Of a DNA stretch of 64,000 bases, positions 9,251-20,738 are shown one piece after another. Made by a program: the position numbers and the translations under genes. The first letter of the stretch is position 1, and each line of letters opens with the position of its first letter. The DNA comes from an uncultured Alphaproteobacteria bacterium (lineage in GTDB: Bacteria; Pseudomonadota; Alphaproteobacteria; HIMB59; GCA-002718135), in assembly GCA_902587565.1 (NCBI GenBank), contig CACILT010000002.1, positions 2,396-66,395 of the forward strand. Reading direction: 5' to 3'. The notes below the pieces were generated by a model. That model saw only the letters and a program-made list of their open reading frames with translations, did no database searches and was not told where the DNA came from.

Positions 9251-10150
9251 ATAATTTTTTAAATCTTTATTAATTTTTAAATCATTTTTTTTTATAAAGT
9301 TAGTAAAATAGTCTGGTAGATTTAAAATAAACTCAAATTTCTTATTATTTATTTTAAATTTTAAAGCAAATGCATGTAACATTAAGTTCTCATTTGAATA
9401 TTTAGAATGAATGTTATATTTATTGTCACCAACTATTGGGCATCCAAGATTTTTAGATACTATTCGAAGTTGATGCGTTTTACCTGTCTGAGGATTAAAT
9501 AATAATGAAGAAATACTCTTATTTTTATTTACTACTTTGTAATTAGTTAAAGTATTTTCAATTTTAAGTTTTTTATTTTTAATTTCTAGTTTAACTGCAG
9601 AGTAATTATTTTTAGGATTTCCTTCACATAAAGCAATATATAATTTAGTAATTTTTTTTTGTTTAAAAAGTGAAGAGAGTTTTTTTGCGTAATTTAAATT
9701 TTTAGCGATTAAAAGTAGCCCTGATGTTTCTTTGTCGAGTCTATGTACTAACCTATATTGAGGATTAATATTTTTGATAATGTGATCTATAGAAATTTTT
9801 ATTTTACTACCCCCTTGAGTAGCTATTTGTGACCATTTATTTAAAACAATAAAATCATTGTTTTCAAAAATTATTGATTTTTTAAATTCGTCTAAAATTG
9901 TTCTTGATATTTTTATGTTTTTTTTAAATATGATTTTATTTTTATAGAGAGTTTCATGAAAATTTAATATTTTTAGGTCATCATTAAGCTTAACTAAATA
10001 ATTAGCTTTAGTAATTGAGTTATTAATTAGAATATTCTTTTTTCTTATGTTCTTTTCAATAAAACCTTGAGTTAAAGAAGTGAATTTATTTTTTAGATAT
10101 TTGTCTAGTCTTTGGTGAAAATTATTTATAATTTTAATGTTTTTAATCAA
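9236..10150 (-). CDS. rluC: RluA-family pseudouridine synthase (RluC-like)
   Basis: S4-like RLDKYL N-terminus, HRLDKETSG, TGKTHQLR, PIVGDNKY, LHAF; TTG start. Confidence 0.8.
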   Translation of the reverse strand: MIKNIKIINNFHQRLDKYLKNKFTSLTQGFIEKNIRKKNILINNSITKANYLVKLNDDLKILNFHETLYKNKIIFKKNIKISRTILDEFKKSIIFENNDFIVLNKWSQIATQGGSKIKISIDHIIKNINPQYRLVHRLDKETSGLLLIAKNLNYAKKLSSLFKQKKITKLYIALCEGNPKNNYSAVKLEIKNKKLKIENTLTNYKVVNKNKSISSLLFNPQTGKTHQLRIVSKNLGCPIVGDNKYNIHSKYSNENLMLHAFALKFKINNKKFEFILNLPDYFTNFIKKNDLKINKDLKNYLNVF

Positions 10151-10154
10151 ATTA

Positions 10155-10520
10155 CTACTTATTTAATAAGGTGCCAAAATATGCAGATATAATACATATA
10201 AAAATGGAAATTAAAATATAAGTAACAGAGGTAGTGTATTTTTTTGAATTAATTAAATCTACAACTTCATAAGAAAATGCTGAAAAAGTAGTGAAAGATC
10301 CTAAAAGACCAATAATTAAGAAAAACTTAATAAAATTTTCAGATAAACCTCTTCCTAAGTCAGATGTTATAAAATAACCTATTAAAAAAGATCCAACTAT
10401 GTTCACTGAAATAGTTCCATAAATACTTGATAAAAACAGGGATTTGCAAATAGATGTTAATAAATATCTTAGTATTGAGCCTAATGCACCGCCAGTGGCG
10501 ACTAATATTAAATTAAACAA
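10155..10520 (-). CDS. crcB: Fluoride channel Fluc/CrcB
   Basis: GGALGSILRY, GTISVNIVGSF, GLLGSFTTFSAF. Confidence 0.93.
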   Translation of the reverse strand: MFNLILVATGGALGSILRYLLTSICKSLFLSSIYGTISVNIVGSFLIGYFITSDLGRGLSENFIKFFLIIGLLGSFTTFSAFSYEVVDLINSKKYTTSVTYILISIFICIISAYFGTLLNK

Positions 10521-10525
10521 TATAT

Positions 10526-10963
10526 TTAAGCTGGAGTTTGTTCATCTAATTCTTCATTAGATTTTTTTTCGATAACAGGGCCACTGTCTAATCCTTTTGC
10601 GTTTATATCTCTATCTACGAATTCTATTACAGCGGTTGGAGCATTGTCACCAAATCTATTACCTAACTTAACTATACGAGTATAACCTCCAGATCTATCC
10701 TTGTATCTATCTGCTAATACATTGAAAACTTTTTGCGACATTTTATTGTCTTGCAAAGTTGATATAGTTTTCCTTCTAGATATTAAATCTCCTTTTTTTC
10801 CTAACGTAATAACTTTCTCAACAAATCTTCTTAATTCTTTAGCTTTTGCAAGAGTAGTAATTATTTGTTCATGTTTAATAAGAGCATTAGACATGTTCAT
10901 AAACATTGCTTTTCTGTGTGAAGAAGTTTTATTAAGTTTTTTATTTTTAATATTGTGTTTCAT
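10526..10963 (-). CDS. rplQ: 50S ribosomal protein L17
   Basis: [26 protein letters not shown]; follows rpoA. Confidence 0.97.
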   Translation of the reverse strand: MKHNIKNKKLNKTSSHRKAMFMNMSNALIKHEQIITTLAKAKELRRFVEKVITLGKKGDLISRRKTISTLQDNKMSQKVFNVLADRYKDRSGGYTRIVKLGNRFGDNAPTAVIEFVDRDINAKGLDSGPVIEKKSNEELDEQTPA

Positions 10964-10968
10964 TATAA

Positions 10969-11991
10969 TTATTTATTAAATGGGTCTTCATATTTTTTTG
11001 CTAACTCATCTATATTTTCAGGTGGCCATTCAGGAACAGACATTCCGAGATTTAACTCCATGTGTTGTAAAACTTCCTTTATTTCATTTAAAGATTTTCT
11101 TCCAAAGTTTGGTGTTCTCAACATCTCTGACTCAGATTTTTGAACAAGATCACCAATGTAAATTATATTATCATTTTTTAAACAATTAGCTGATCTAACT
11201 GACAATTCTAACTCCTCAACTTTTTTAAGAAGATTTGAGTTGAAAGAAAGTTTTTCAACTTCAGATTGATCTGGTAAGGTTTCGGGTTCATCAAAATTAA
11301 TAAAAGGTTGAAGTTGGTCTTGAAGAATTCTTGCGGCTAATGCAATAGCATCATCAGGAGTAATAACACCATTAGTTTCAACCTCAAATATAAGTTTATC
11401 GTAATCTGTAACTTGTCCAACTCTACTATTTTCAACTTTATACGAGGTTTTTATAATGGGACTAAACATTGCATCCAATTTAATTTCACCAATGACTTTA
11501 TTTTCATCATCTGCTACTTCAGCGGAAACATATCCCTTGCCGGTTTCTACATTGGCTTCAATTTCTACATCAGCATTAGAATCAAGAGTCATTATAATTT
11601 GGTCAGGATTCATTATTTCTGTTTCAGAATCTGTTTCGAAATTACCAGCTCTTAGTTCTCCAGAACCTGAAGATTTCAAGTACATTTTTTTCAATCCTTG
11701 TGAGTGTACTTTAACTGCAACAGATTTTAAGTTTAATAATATATCAGTCAGATCTTCTTTTACACCAGGTATGGTAGAAAACTCATGGACTACACCTTTT
11801 ATTTTTACTGATGTTATGGCCGCACCTTGAAGTGATGATAAAAGAATTCTTCTTATTGCATTGCCTAAAGTGAGTCCAAAACCTCTTTCTAGAGGTTCAG
11901 CAGTGAGTACACCAATTCTTCCATTACTCTCCTCAACGTTAACTTCCATTTTTGTGGGTTTAATTAATTCACTCCAATTTTTTTGTAACAC
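10969..11991 (-). CDS. rpoA: RNA polymerase alpha subunit
   Basis: [30 protein letters not shown]; GTG start with GGAG SD. Confidence 0.98.
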   Translation of the reverse strand: MLQKNWSELIKPTKMEVNVEESNGRIGVLTAEPLERGFGLTLGNAIRRILLSSLQGAAITSVKIKGVVHEFSTIPGVKEDLTDILLNLKSVAVKVHSQGLKKMYLKSSGSGELRAGNFETDSETEIMNPDQIIMTLDSNADVEIEANVETGKGYVSAEVADDENKVIGEIKLDAMFSPIIKTSYKVENSRVGQVTDYDKLIFEVETNGVITPDDAIALAARILQDQLQPFINFDEPETLPDQSEVEKLSFNSNLLKKVEELELSVRSANCLKNDNIIYIGDLVQKSESEMLRTPNFGRKSLNEIKEVLQHMELNLGMSVPEWPPENIDELAKKYEDPFNK

Positions 11992-12006
11992 TTAAATACT
12001 CCTTTT

Positions 12007-12387
12007 TTAAACTCTTCTTCTTTTTCTTGGTCTACATCCATTATGGGGAATTGGTGTAACATCTTTAATTGATGTAATAACATAACCAATAGATTGTAAT
12101 GATCTTAGCGCAGACTCTCTTCCAGACCCAGGTCCAGAAACTTCAACTTTAAGATTTTTCAAACCAAATTCTTTTGCTTTATTACCAACATCTTCAGCTG
12201 CAATTTGCGCTGCATAGGGTGTTGATTTTCTTGATCCTTTAAAACCTTTGTGACCAGCCGATGACCACGCTAAAGAATTTCCATTTTCATCTGTAATTGT
12301 AATTATTGTGTTATTAAAAGAAGAGACAATATGCGCTACACCGGATGAAATTTTCTTTTTTAATTTATTTTTCTTTTTCTCAACCAT
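12007..12387 (-). CDS. rpsK: 30S ribosomal protein S11
   Basis: [27 protein letters not shown]; start reassigned to ATG 12387. Confidence 0.97.
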   Translation of the reverse strand: MVEKKKNKLKKKISSGVAHIVSSFNNTIITITDENGNSLAWSSAGHKGFKGSRKSTPYAAQIAAEDVGNKAKEFGLKNLKVEVSGPGSGRESALRSLQSIGYVITSIKDVTPIPHNGCRPRKRRRV

Positions 12388-12388
12388 A

Positions 12389-12769
12389 TTAACCTTTAGT
12401 AACTTTTTTCTTTCCAGCAATTGCTACAGCTTTTCCTTTTCTTGTTCTAGCGTTTGTATGAGTTCTTTGACCTCTAACAGGTAGTTTTTTTCTATGTCTA
12501 AGTCCACGATAACAACCAAGATCATTTAATCTTTTAATATCTGATGAGACTTTTCTTCTAAGATCACCTTCAACAGAATAATTTTTATCTATAAGGTCAC
12601 GAATACGATTTACCTCTTCATCATTTAATTCATTTACTCTTTTTGATCTATCAATTGAGGCATTTTTACATATGTCAAATGCAATTTTTGGTCCTATCCC
12701 ATAGATATATGTAAGAGCAATATTTATTCTTTTATTTGTGGGAATGTTAACTCCAGATATTCTAGCCAT
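12389..12769 (-). CDS. rpsM: 30S ribosomal protein S13
   Basis: [25 protein letters not shown]. Confidence 0.97.
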   Translation of the reverse strand: MARISGVNIPTNKRINIALTYIYGIGPKIAFDICKNASIDRSKRVNELNDEEVNRIRDLIDKNYSVEGDLRRKVSSDIKRLNDLGCYRGLRHRKKLPVRGQRTHTNARTRKGKAVAIAGKKKVTKG

Positions 12770-12797
12770 AATGAAACTCAAAAAAAATGAATGAGGG

Positions 12798-12827
12798 TGA
12801 ATACATGATTATTGTGTCTTTAGTCAA
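12798..12827 (-). promoter_or_regulatory. Putative sigma70 promoter of the alpha operon
   Basis: TTGACT-18 nt-TATTCA in the adk-rpsM gap. Confidence 0.45.
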
Positions 12828-12856
12828 GTAGAGATATGTTAATATTTGGCTGAAAA

Positions 12857-13429
12857 TCATGATTTTTTGATAATATTATGTAATTTTGAAGTTATTTCAG
12901 TAATTTCAAGCAATCCATCAATGTTATAATAAATTTCTTTATTGTTTTTATTGTAAAAATTAGAAACTTTTTGGGTGCTTTCGATGTATTCAGAAAACCT
13001 AGTTTCAAGTATTTCTAAAGTATCATCATCTCTTTTTTCCTCGAAAGATCTTTTGATAATCCTATTTTTTAGATCTTCAAAATTTATTTTTATATCAAAA
13101 ATTAAATCTAATTTCATTTTGTTTTCAGTTAAATACTTATTTAAAAAATACGCTTGATCTAAAGTTCGTGGAAAACCATCAAGGATAAATCCTTTGTTTT
13201 TTTCATGTGTTAGTCTTGATGAAACAATTGAGTTTAAAATTTCATCTGAAACTAATTTGCCACTAGACATAATTTCCTTGAGCTTCAAAGCTAAATCATC
13301 TTGTTCTAAGATTTTGTTTCTTAAGATATCACCAGTAGAAAGATGGGGAATATTTAAATGTTCAGATATTATTTTTGCTTGGGTCCCCTTACCTGCTCCT
13401 GGTGGCCCAAAAAAAATTATATTTTTCAA
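12857..13429 (-). CDS. adk: Adenylate kinase (short LID type)
   Basis: GPPGAGKGTQ, STGDILR, LDGFPRT, RDDD; TTG start. Confidence 0.95.
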   Translation of the reverse strand: MKNIIFFGPPGAGKGTQAKIISEHLNIPHLSTGDILRNKILEQDDLALKLKEIMSSGKLVSDEILNSIVSSRLTHEKNKGFILDGFPRTLDQAYFLNKYLTENKMKLDLIFDIKINFEDLKNRIIKRSFEEKRDDDTLEILETRFSEYIESTQKVSNFYNKNNKEIYYNIDGLLEITEITSKLHNIIKKS

Positions 13430-13430
13430 C

Positions 13431-14771
13431 TTATCTTCTACCTTTTAATTTAGTTTTCTTTAGAAGATTTTCATATTGATGTTGGAATAAATGAGATTGA
13501 ACTTGATTGATAAAATCAATCATAACTACCACAACTATTAAAAGAGCAGTACCACCTAAGTAAAAGGGAATTGAAGTTCTTGATAATAAAAATTCAGGAA
13601 GTAATGCTACAAAAGTTAAATATATCGTTCCTATTGTAGTTAATCTAATTAATACATATTCAATATAATTAGCTGTATTTTCACCAGGTCTAATTCCAGG
13701 TATAAAACCTCCATATTTTCTTAGATTTTCTGCCTGTTCATCAGGGTTAAAAACAATAGATGTATAAAAGAAGCCAAAAAATATTATCATTGCAGCATAT
13801 AGACCTAAGTACAAAGGTTGGCCTCTTCCAAGATAACTAGATATCAAAATAAATATATCACTAGAGGAACCAGCACCAAAACCAGACATTGTATTTGGAA
13901 GAAGCAAAATCGAAGACGCAAAAATTACAGGTATTACCCCCGCTGTATTAATTTTTAGTGGAAGGTGAGAGCTTTGTCCACCATATATCTTATTTCCAAC
14001 TTGTCTTTTGGGATATTGAACAGGTAGTCTTCTTTGACCTTTTTCAATAAAGACAATAAAAATAATTAAAAGTAAAATTAAAATTAAAATGCCTAATATG
14101 AAAGCTATGCTTAATTCTCCTGTTCTTCCTAACTGAAGTGTACTTACAAATGCACTTGGTAAATTTGCAATAATTCCTGCAGTAATAATTAATGAAATAC
14201 CATTTCCAACTCCCCTTGAACTAATTTGTTCTCCAAGCCACATTAAAAATACTGTCCCACCCACCAGGGTTATTACAGTTGTAAGTCTAAAAAATATTCC
14301 CGGTTCAAAAACAATATTTCCATAAGTAGTCTGCATGGACTCTAAGCCAATTGAAACACCGTAACCTTGAATTGCTGCGATCAAAACAGTAAAATACCTT
14401 GTATATTGTAATAATTGTCTTCTTCCTTTAGAACCTTGTTCCTTCAATGATTTTAAAAATGGTATTGCAGATTGCATTAAAGTCATAATTATAGATGCAG
14501 AGATGTAGGGCATTACACCTAGTGCAAATATGCCCATTCTTCCAAGAGCACCTCCGGAAAAGGTATCAAAAATCCCTAAAATACCTGAGGATTGTTGTTC
14601 AAAAAACTGTTGTAAAGCTAATGGATTAATTCCAGGAATAGGTAGAAATGTACCCAAACGAAAAACTATTAAAGCGCCTAAAGTGAATAGTAGTCTTTGT
14701 CTTAATTCTTTAGCTTTTCCTAATGCTCCAAAATTAAGATTATTTGCAAGTCTATCTGCAGCAGTTGCCAT
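13431..14771 (-). CDS. secY: Preprotein translocase SecY
   Basis: IFALGVMPYISASII, WLGEQI, GVIPVIFASS, FIPGIRPG. Confidence 0.98.
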   Translation of the reverse strand: MATAADRLANNLNFGALGKAKELRQRLLFTLGALIVFRLGTFLPIPGINPLALQQFFEQQSSGILGIFDTFSGGALGRMGIFALGVMPYISASIIMTLMQSAIPFLKSLKEQGSKGRRQLLQYTRYFTVLIAAIQGYGVSIGLESMQTTYGNIVFEPGIFFRLTTVITLVGGTVFLMWLGEQISSRGVGNGISLIITAGIIANLPSAFVSTLQLGRTGELSIAFILGILILILLLIIFIVFIEKGQRRLPVQYPKRQVGNKIYGGQSSHLPLKINTAGVIPVIFASSILLLPNTMSGFGAGSSSDIFILISSYLGRGQPLYLGLYAAMIIFFGFFYTSIVFNPDEQAENLRKYGGFIPGIRPGENTANYIEYVLIRLTTIGTIYLTFVALLPEFLLSRTSIPFYLGGTALLIVVVVMIDFINQVQSHLFQHQYENLLKKTKLKGRR

Positions 14772-14772
14772 G

Positions 14773-15231
14773 TTATTTCTTGGTTAGATTAATTTTTCCA
14801 CCTATACTTTCAATAGTTTCGATGGCTTTTTTAGATGCGAAAGAAATTTCAATATTTATTGGTTTATCCAATTTGCCGATGTTTAATATTTTGAGCTTTC
14901 CCTTTGACTTTTTAAATATTTTTTTTTCAAACAGATCATCTTCTTTAATTATATCAACATTAATATTATGTTTTTGTATGATATTATTTATTGTTTTAAA
15001 ATTAATAACTTGTATTTTTGATTTAAATGCGTTCTTAAACCCTCTCTTAGGAAGTCTTCTGTATAAAGGCATTTGTCCACCTTCAAATCCATTTATTGAA
15101 ACACCCGATCTAGATTTTTGCCCCTTCACTCCACGTCCAGCTGTTTTACCTAATCCAGAGCCAGATCCTCTACCTCTTCTTTTGCTTTTCTTTTTTGAAA
15201 TAAGAGTTGATTTTAATTGATTAATTTTCAT
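14773..15231 (-). CDS. rplO: 50S ribosomal protein L15
   Basis: [32 protein letters not shown]. Confidence 0.97.
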   Translation of the reverse strand: MKINQLKSTLISKKKSKRRGRGSGSGLGKTAGRGVKGQKSRSGVSINGFEGGQMPLYRRLPKRGFKNAFKSKIQVINFKTINNIIQKHNINVDIIKEDDLFEKKIFKKSKGKLKILNIGKLDKPINIEISFASKKAIETIESIGGKINLTKK

Positions 15232-15232
15232 T

Positions 15233-15739
15233 TTACTTAGTTTTATAATTTATTTCATTAATTTTTTTTGATCTCTTAGATGCAACAGATTTAGGAGACT
15301 CTGACATTTTGAAAGCATTTAAAGTAGCTTTTAACATATTGTGTGGATTTGATGTACCTGTAGATTTAGCAACTACATCTTTGATTCCTAAAGATTCAAA
15401 TAATGCTCTCATAGGCCCTCCCGCAATAATACCAGTTCCTGGAGATGCAGATCTCAGTATAACTTTACCAGCACCAAATCTACCAACTATATCGTGGTGT
15501 ATTGTTCTGTTATCCTTTAAATGAACCCTGATCATTTTACTTTTAGCATTTTCTGTTGCTTTTTTAACTGCTTCAGGAACTTCCTTAGCTTTACCAGTAC
15601 CAATTCCAACTCTTCCTTTGTTGTCACCAACTATCATTATGGCAGCAAATCCAAATCTTCTACCTCCTTTAACAACTTTAGCAACTCTATTAATGGTTAC
15701 TAGGTGTTCACTTAAATCATTTTTATCATTATCAAACAT
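15233..15739 (-). CDS. rpsE: 30S ribosomal protein S5
   Basis: [22 protein letters not shown]. Confidence 0.97.
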   Translation of the reverse strand: MFDNDKNDLSEHLVTINRVAKVVKGGRRFGFAAIMIVGDNKGRVGIGTGKAKEVPEAVKKATENAKSKMIRVHLKDNRTIHHDIVGRFGAGKVILRSASPGTGIIAGGPMRALFESLGIKDVVAKSTGTSNPHNMLKATLNAFKMSESPKSVASKRSKKINEINYKTK

Positions 15740-15746
15740 TATTACC

Positions 15747-16079
15747 TCAAAATTTTAAGCCTTCTACTCTAGCTGCCTCAGCTAATATTTTTATTAAACC
15801 ATGATATTTATATTTTCCTCTATCAAATGCTACATCTTGAATACCCTTTGCAATAATTTTTTTAGCTATAGTTTTACCCACTAATTCAGCAATCTCTTTT
15901 TTGTTCAATTGCTTTTCTTTTATTTCTTTTTCTAATGAGGAAGAACTAGCTAAAGTAATACCTTTGCTATCATCAATTAATTGAGCATAGATGTGGTTAT
16001 TCGATTTAAAGACTGTAAGCCTACTTCTATCGGATATTTTTTTTATTTTATATCTTATTCTGTCTTGTCTTTTTATCAT
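15747..16079 (-). CDS. rplR: 50S ribosomal protein L18
   Basis: [28 protein letters not shown]; start reassigned to ATG 16079. Confidence 0.96.
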   Translation of the reverse strand: MIKRQDRIRYKIKKISDRSRLTVFKSNNHIYAQLIDDSKGITLASSSSLEKEIKEKQLNKKEIAELVGKTIAKKIIAKGIQDVAFDRGKYKYHGLIKILAEAARVEGLKF

Positions 16080-16080
16080 T

Positions 16081-16614
16081 TTATTTTTTCTTACCTTCTT
16101 TTCTAAAAATGAATTCATCAGAATATTTAATGCCCTTTCCTTTAAAAGGTTCTGGTTTTCTATAGGATCTTATCTTTGAAGCAGTAGCTCCCAACAATTC
16201 TTTGTTAAAACTTGATAATTTAATTAAATTTTGTTTAGGACACTCAGCTTTAACTTCCTTAGGAATAATAAAATCAATATCATGACTAAAACCAAGTTGT
16301 AACTTCAACTTGCTTCCAGAAATACTAGCTCTATAGCCAGTTCCATTTAATTCAAGTGTTTTACTAAAGCCAGTAGAAACTCCTTGAACAGTATTTGCAA
16401 TTAATGCTCTAGTGGTTCCCCAATTTGGATTTTTCTGATCTTGTGAATTTTTTGGGGTTACTTTTATCTCATCATTATTTATTTCAATTTTGAAGTTTGG
16501 ATTTACATTTATATTCATCTCACCTACTTTTCCTTTTGCATAAAAAATTCCTTTCTCAAAGTTGCAAGTTACACCATCTTCAATTTTAATTATATTTTTA
16601 GCAATTCTAGACAT
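16081..16614 (-). CDS. rplF: 50S ribosomal protein L6
   Basis: MSRIAK, GTGYRA, PEPFKGKGI. Confidence 0.97.
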   Translation of the reverse strand: MSRIAKNIIKIEDGVTCNFEKGIFYAKGKVGEMNINVNPNFKIEINNDEIKVTPKNSQDQKNPNWGTTRALIANTVQGVSTGFSKTLELNGTGYRASISGSKLKLQLGFSHDIDFIIPKEVKAECPKQNLIKLSSFNKELLGATASKIRSYRKPEPFKGKGIKYSDEFIFRKEGKKK

Positions 16615-16616
16615 AA

Positions 16617-17015
16617 TTAAAATACCTCACACAAAATTTCTCCACCAACATTATTTTTTATTGCCTTGTTGTCTGACATAACACCCATTGGAGTAGAAAT
16701 AATCGATATACCTAAACCTCCATATGGTTTTTTTAAGTCATTGATTTTGGAGTAAATTCTAATACCAGGTTTTGAAATTCTTTTTATTTTTTTAATTACT
16801 GGTAAACCATTATAATATTTAAGATCAATTTTAATTGAGCTTACACCTTTTCTAAGTTCAATATCATTATAATCTCTTATGTAACCTTCTTCTTTAAGTA
16901 CAGCCAAAACATTGAGATTTAGTTTAGATTTAAGACAGGATGTAGAAACCTTTTTAGCTTGATGAGCATTTTTTATTCTAGCTAACATATCAGATAAAGA
17001 ATCATTAAAAGCCAT
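16617..17015 (-). CDS. rpsH: 30S ribosomal protein S8
   Basis: DMLARIKNA, ISKPGIRIY, GGEILC. Confidence 0.97.
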   Translation of the reverse strand: MAFNDSLSDMLARIKNAHQAKKVSTSCLKSKLNLNVLAVLKEEGYIRDYNDIELRKGVSSIKIDLKYYNGLPVIKKIKRISKPGIRIYSKINDLKKPYGGLGISIISTPMGVMSDNKAIKNNVGGEILCEVF

Positions 17016-17024
17016 TTTTTTCTC

Positions 17025-17330
17025 CTACCAACTAGATTTTATCACACCTGGCAAATCACCGGACATTGATAATTCTCTAAGTTTAATTCTAGATAAACCA
17101 AATTTTCTATAATTACCTCTTGGCCTACCCGTTATTTCACATCTATTACGATGTCTTATACGAGAACCATTTCTGGGAAGATCATTTAATTTATTCTGAA
17201 ACTTAATTCTTTCTTCTAAAGAAATATTTTTATCTTTAATTTTTAATTTAAGATTTTCACGTTTGATTTTGAATTTTTTAATCATTTTTTGTCTTAACAT
17301 ATTTTTTTGAACTGAACTTTGCTTTGCCAT
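17025..17330 (-). CDS. rpsN: 30S ribosomal protein S14 (long, Zn-independent type)
   Basis: [21 protein letters not shown]. Confidence 0.97.
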   Translation of the reverse strand: MAKQSSVQKNMLRQKMIKKFKIKRENLKLKIKDKNISLEERIKFQNKLNDLPRNGSRIRHRNRCEITGRPRGNYRKFGLSRIKLRELSMSGDLPGVIKSSW

Positions 17331-17341
17331 ACCTTCTTCTC

Positions 17342-17893
17342 CTAATTGATGTTATTTTCCTTAAAAGGCATATTAAAACTTTTTAATAATTCTAAAGAAT
17401 CTTCGTCATTACTAGAATTCGTACATATGGTAATATCTAAACCTCTCACTCTATCAATCTTATCAAAGTTAATTTCTGGAAAAATTAAGTGCTCTTTTAT
17501 CCCAAAGGAATAGTTACCATTGCCATCAAAACTTTTTGGATTTAACCCTCTGAAGTCCCTTATTCTAGGAATTGCAATATTTACAAGTCTATCAAGAAAT
17601 TCGTACATTATTTTATTTCTAAGTGTAACCTTAGCGCCAAGAGGCATACCTGCTCTAATTTTAAAACCGGAAATGGCTTTTTTAGCATTAGTTTTCACTG
17701 CCTTTTGACCAGAGATTAAAGAAAGATCTTCTATAGCTCTGTCGATTAGTTTTGAGTCGTCTTTAGCCTCACCAATACCCATATTTAAAATAATTTTTTG
17801 TATTTTAGGAACTTTAAAAATATTACTCATCTTAAGTTTTGACTGTAAATCTTTTTGTATTTGATTTTTATACAATTCAAGAAGTCTACTCAT
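17342..17893 (-). CDS. rplE: 50S ribosomal protein L5
   Basis: [19 protein letters not shown]. Confidence 0.97.
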   Translation of the reverse strand: MSRLLELYKNQIQKDLQSKLKMSNIFKVPKIQKIILNMGIGEAKDDSKLIDRAIEDLSLISGQKAVKTNAKKAISGFKIRAGMPLGAKVTLRNKIMYEFLDRLVNIAIPRIRDFRGLNPKSFDGNGNYSFGIKEHLIFPEINFDKIDRVRGLDITICTNSSNDEDSLELLKSFNMPFKENNIN

Positions 17894-18205
17894 TTAGATT
17901 TCCTTCCCATCAAGTTTATTTACTCTTACTTTTTTATTATTATTAATTTTATATCCAATTTTTATTGGTTTTTTTGAAATAGCATCAAATAAAGATATGT
18001 TAGATATGTGTATTGGCATTTCTTTATCAACTATTCCACCCGGCTGATTATTATCAGGCTTCTGATTTTTTTTAACCCTATTGATTTCTGAAACAATTGC
18101 TTTTTCATCTTTAGGTAGCATTTTTATAATCTTACCTGTTTTACCTTTATCTTTACCAGTTAAAACAATTACATCATCCCCTTTTTTTAATTTAAATTTT
18201 TTCAT
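17894..18205 (-). CDS. rplX: 50S ribosomal protein L24
   Basis: KKGDDVIVLTGKDKGK (KOW), PIHISN. Confidence 0.97.
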   Translation of the reverse strand: MKKFKLKKGDDVIVLTGKDKGKTGKIIKMLPKDEKAIVSEINRVKKNQKPDNNQPGGIVDKEMPIHISNISLFDAISKKPIKIGYKINNNKKVRVNKLDGKEI

Positions 18206-18573
18206 TATAAAACCTCAGGCGCCAAACTAATTATTTTCATAAATTTTTTACTTCTTAATTCTCTTGTAACAGGTCCGAATATTCTAGTTGCAATGGGTTC
18301 CTCCTGCTTGTCCAAAAGTACAGCTGCATTTTTATCAAATCTAATTGCAGAACCATCATTTCTCTTAAAGTCCTTAGATGTTCTAACTATAACAGCCTTA
18401 TATACATCACCCTTTTTAACTTTAGCTCTAGGGATTGCATCCTTAATTGAAACAACAATAATATCCCCTATAGAAGCAGATCTTCTTTTGGATCCGCCTA
18501 ATACTTTGATACATTGAATTCTTCTTGCACCAGAATTATCTGCAACAAATAAATTAGACTGCATTTGAATCAT
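18205..18573 (-). CDS. rplN: 50S ribosomal protein L14
   Basis: MIQMQS, VADNSGA, SLAPEVL; start reassigned to ATG 18573. Confidence 0.97.
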   Translation of the reverse strand: MIQMQSNLFVADNSGARRIQCIKVLGGSKRRSASIGDIIVVSIKDAIPRAKVKKGDVYKAVIVRTSKDFKRNDGSAIRFDKNAAVLLDKQEEPIATRIFGPVTRELRSKKFMKIISLAPEVL

Positions 18574-18815
18574 TTGTTTTCTCCTGCATTTTCTAACACA
18601 ACCCACTTTTTTTGTTTTGAAATAGGTTTTGATTCTATAATTGAAACATTATCGCCTGTTTTAAATGAGTTATTTTCATCATGAACATGATATTTTTTAG
18701 ATCTTCTTATAATTTTTTTATACAATTTATGCTTAATTCTTCTCGTTACATTAACCACGATTGTTTTATTTAGATTAGAGGAAACAACAATTCCTGATAA
18801 AATTCTTTTAGGCAT
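18570..18815 (-). CDS. rpsQ: 30S ribosomal protein S17
   Basis: [26 protein letters not shown]; start reassigned to ATG 18815. Confidence 0.96.
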   Translation of the reverse strand: MPKRILSGIVVSSNLNKTIVVNVTRRIKHKLYKKIIRRSKKYHVHDENNSFKTGDNVSIIESKPISKQKKWVVLENAGENK

Positions 18816-19008
18816 TATTATCTCCATTAATAATTTTTGACATTTTAGTTTTGATCCTTGCAATATTCTTTCTAGTATTCTTGATTTGAGAAGTTTTTTC
18901 TAATTGTCCACTTGATTTTTGAAAAGAAAAATTCATTAAATTTTTCTTAAGAGACAATATTTCTTCATATAGTTTATTATATTCTTTATTTTCAATTTTT
19001 TTACTCAT
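18808..19008 (-). CDS. rpmC: 50S ribosomal protein L29
   Basis: [21 protein letters not shown]; position in the S10 operon. Confidence 0.93.
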   Translation of the reverse strand: MSKKIENKEYNKLYEEILSLKKNLMNFSFQKSSGQLEKTSQIKNTRKNIARIKTKMSKIINGDNNA

Positions 19009-19424
19009 TATATATTTCTTTCCACAAACTTACATTTTATAGGAAGTTTAGCTGCTGCAAGAGTCATTGCTTTTTTTGCATCATTGATGTTAACACCGTC
19101 GACCTCAAACATAATTCTTCCTGGTTTAACTCTACAAGCCCAAAATTCAATTGAACCTTTGCCTTTACCCATCCTAACTTCTGCAGGTTTTTTAGACACT
19201 GGCACATCTGGAAAAATTCTAATCCACATTCTGCCAGCTCTTTTCAAATATCTTGTGATTGCTTTTCTTGCAGCCTCTATCTGTCTAGATGTTACTCTAT
19301 CCGGTTCCATTGCTTTTAGACCATAACTTCCATAGTTGAGTTTAAAATTTCCTTTGGCATTACCGTGTATTCTGCCTTTAAATTGTTTTCTAAATTTAGT
19401 TTTTTTTGGTGAAAGCATATTCAT
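19008..19424 (-). CDS. rplP: 50S ribosomal protein L16
   Basis: QIEAAR, WIRIFPD, RMGKGKG. Confidence 0.97.
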   Translation of the reverse strand: MNMLSPKKTKFRKQFKGRIHGNAKGNFKLNYGSYGLKAMEPDRVTSRQIEAARKAITRYLKRAGRMWIRIFPDVPVSKKPAEVRMGKGKGSIEFWACRVKPGRIMFEVDGVNINDAKKAMTLAAAKLPIKCKFVERNI

Positions 19425-20101
19425 TATCTTACACTACCTTGTTCTATTTGTTTATTTTCACTGGCATATGGATCTTTAGATAAGATTTCACCTTTATTGA
19501 TCCAGACTTTTATACCACAAATACCGTATGTGGTTTCAGCTTCAGCAGTTGCATAATCTATATCACCTCTTAATGTGTGTAGTGGTACACTACCTTCATG
19601 ATATTTTTCTGTTCTCGCAATTTCAGCTCCACCTAATCTTCCACTACAAACAACTTTTACTCCCTTTGCGCCTAATCTCATCGCTGATTGGACCGCTTTT
19701 TTCATTGCTCTTCTAAAGGATATTCTTTTTTCAAGTTGTGAGGCAATGTTTTCAGCTACAAGCTTTGCTTCAACTTCAGGCTTCCTAACTTCTTTGATAT
19801 CTAAAAAAACTTCAAGTTTAGACATTTTAGATAAATCATTTTTTAAAGTCTCAATATCTGCCCCTTTTTTTCCTATTATTATACCAGGACGAGAGCTAAA
19901 TATTGATATTCTTAATTTTTTTGCAGCTCTTTCAATATTAATTTTCGAAATACTTGCATTTTTGAGTTTTTCATCAACATACTTTTTTATTTTTAAATCT
20001 TGATGAAGTAATTTAGTATATTCATTTTTAGAAAACCATCTAGATGACCAGGTTTTATTTATACCAATTCTTATTCCATTAGGATTTACTTTCTGACCCA
20101 T
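19424..20101 (-). CDS. rpsC: 30S ribosomal protein S3
   Basis: [24 protein letters not shown]. Confidence 0.98.
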   Translation of the reverse strand: MGQKVNPNGIRIGINKTWSSRWFSKNEYTKLLHQDLKIKKYVDEKLKNASISKINIERAAKKLRISIFSSRPGIIIGKKGADIETLKNDLSKMSKLEVFLDIKEVRKPEVEAKLVAENIASQLEKRISFRRAMKKAVQSAMRLGAKGVKVVCSGRLGGAEIARTEKYHEGSVPLHTLRGDIDYATAEAETTYGICGIKVWINKGEILSKDPYASENKQIEQGSVR

Positions 20102-20460
20102 TACTTATTTTCCTTATTTCTTTCTTCTACGATTATAGTTAGTTTACTAAAAGGTTTAATGATAGATCCGGCTCTGCCTTTTGCTCTTGGCCTCCATCTT
20201 TTCATTCTAAGGCTTTTTCCAACAAAAGCCTCTTTCACAAATAATTTATCAATATCAAGTTGTTTATTATTTTCAGCATTTGATATTGCTGAATTTAAAA
20301 CTTTCAATATGGGTGTAGAAACTCTTTTTTGTGAAAATTTGAGTTGATCAATTGCATTACTAACTTTCATGTTTACGATATTTCTAATAATAAGTGAAAG
20401 TTTCTGTGGACTTGTTCGCACCATATTATCTTTAGCAATTGCAATCTGATCTTTACTCAT
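20101..20460 (-). CDS. rplV: 50S ribosomal protein L22
   Basis: [16 protein letters not shown]. Confidence 0.96.
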   Translation of the reverse strand: MSKDQIAIAKDNMVRTSPQKLSLIIRNIVNMKVSNAIDQLKFSQKRVSTPILKVLNSAISNAENNKQLDIDKLFVKEAFVGKSLRMKRWRPRAKGRAGSIIKPFSKLTIIVEERNKENK

Positions 20461-20738
20461 TTTTTTTCTGCCTTTTTATCTGCAGCTGTATGCCCTTTAA
20501 AACTTCTTGTAGGTGAAAATTCACCAAGTTTGTGTCCTACCATTTGTTCGTTAACTGTAACTGGTACAAATTTTTGACCATTATAAACACCAAAAGTGAG
20601 ACCAACGAATTGGGGTATTATTGTTGACCTTCTAGACCATGTTTTAATAACTTCTTTTCTTCCAGTCTGAGAGGATTTCTCAGCTTTTTTCAGTAAATTT
20701 ATATCTACAAAAGGCCCTTTCCAAACTGATCTAGTCAT
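20457..20738 (-). CDS. rpsS: 30S ribosomal protein S19
   Basis: [21 protein letters not shown]. Confidence 0.98.
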   Translation of the reverse strand: MTRSVWKGPFVDINLLKKAEKSSQTGRKEVIKTWSRRSTIIPQFVGLTFGVYNGQKFVPVTVNEQMVGHKLGEFSPTRSFKGHTAADKKAEKK

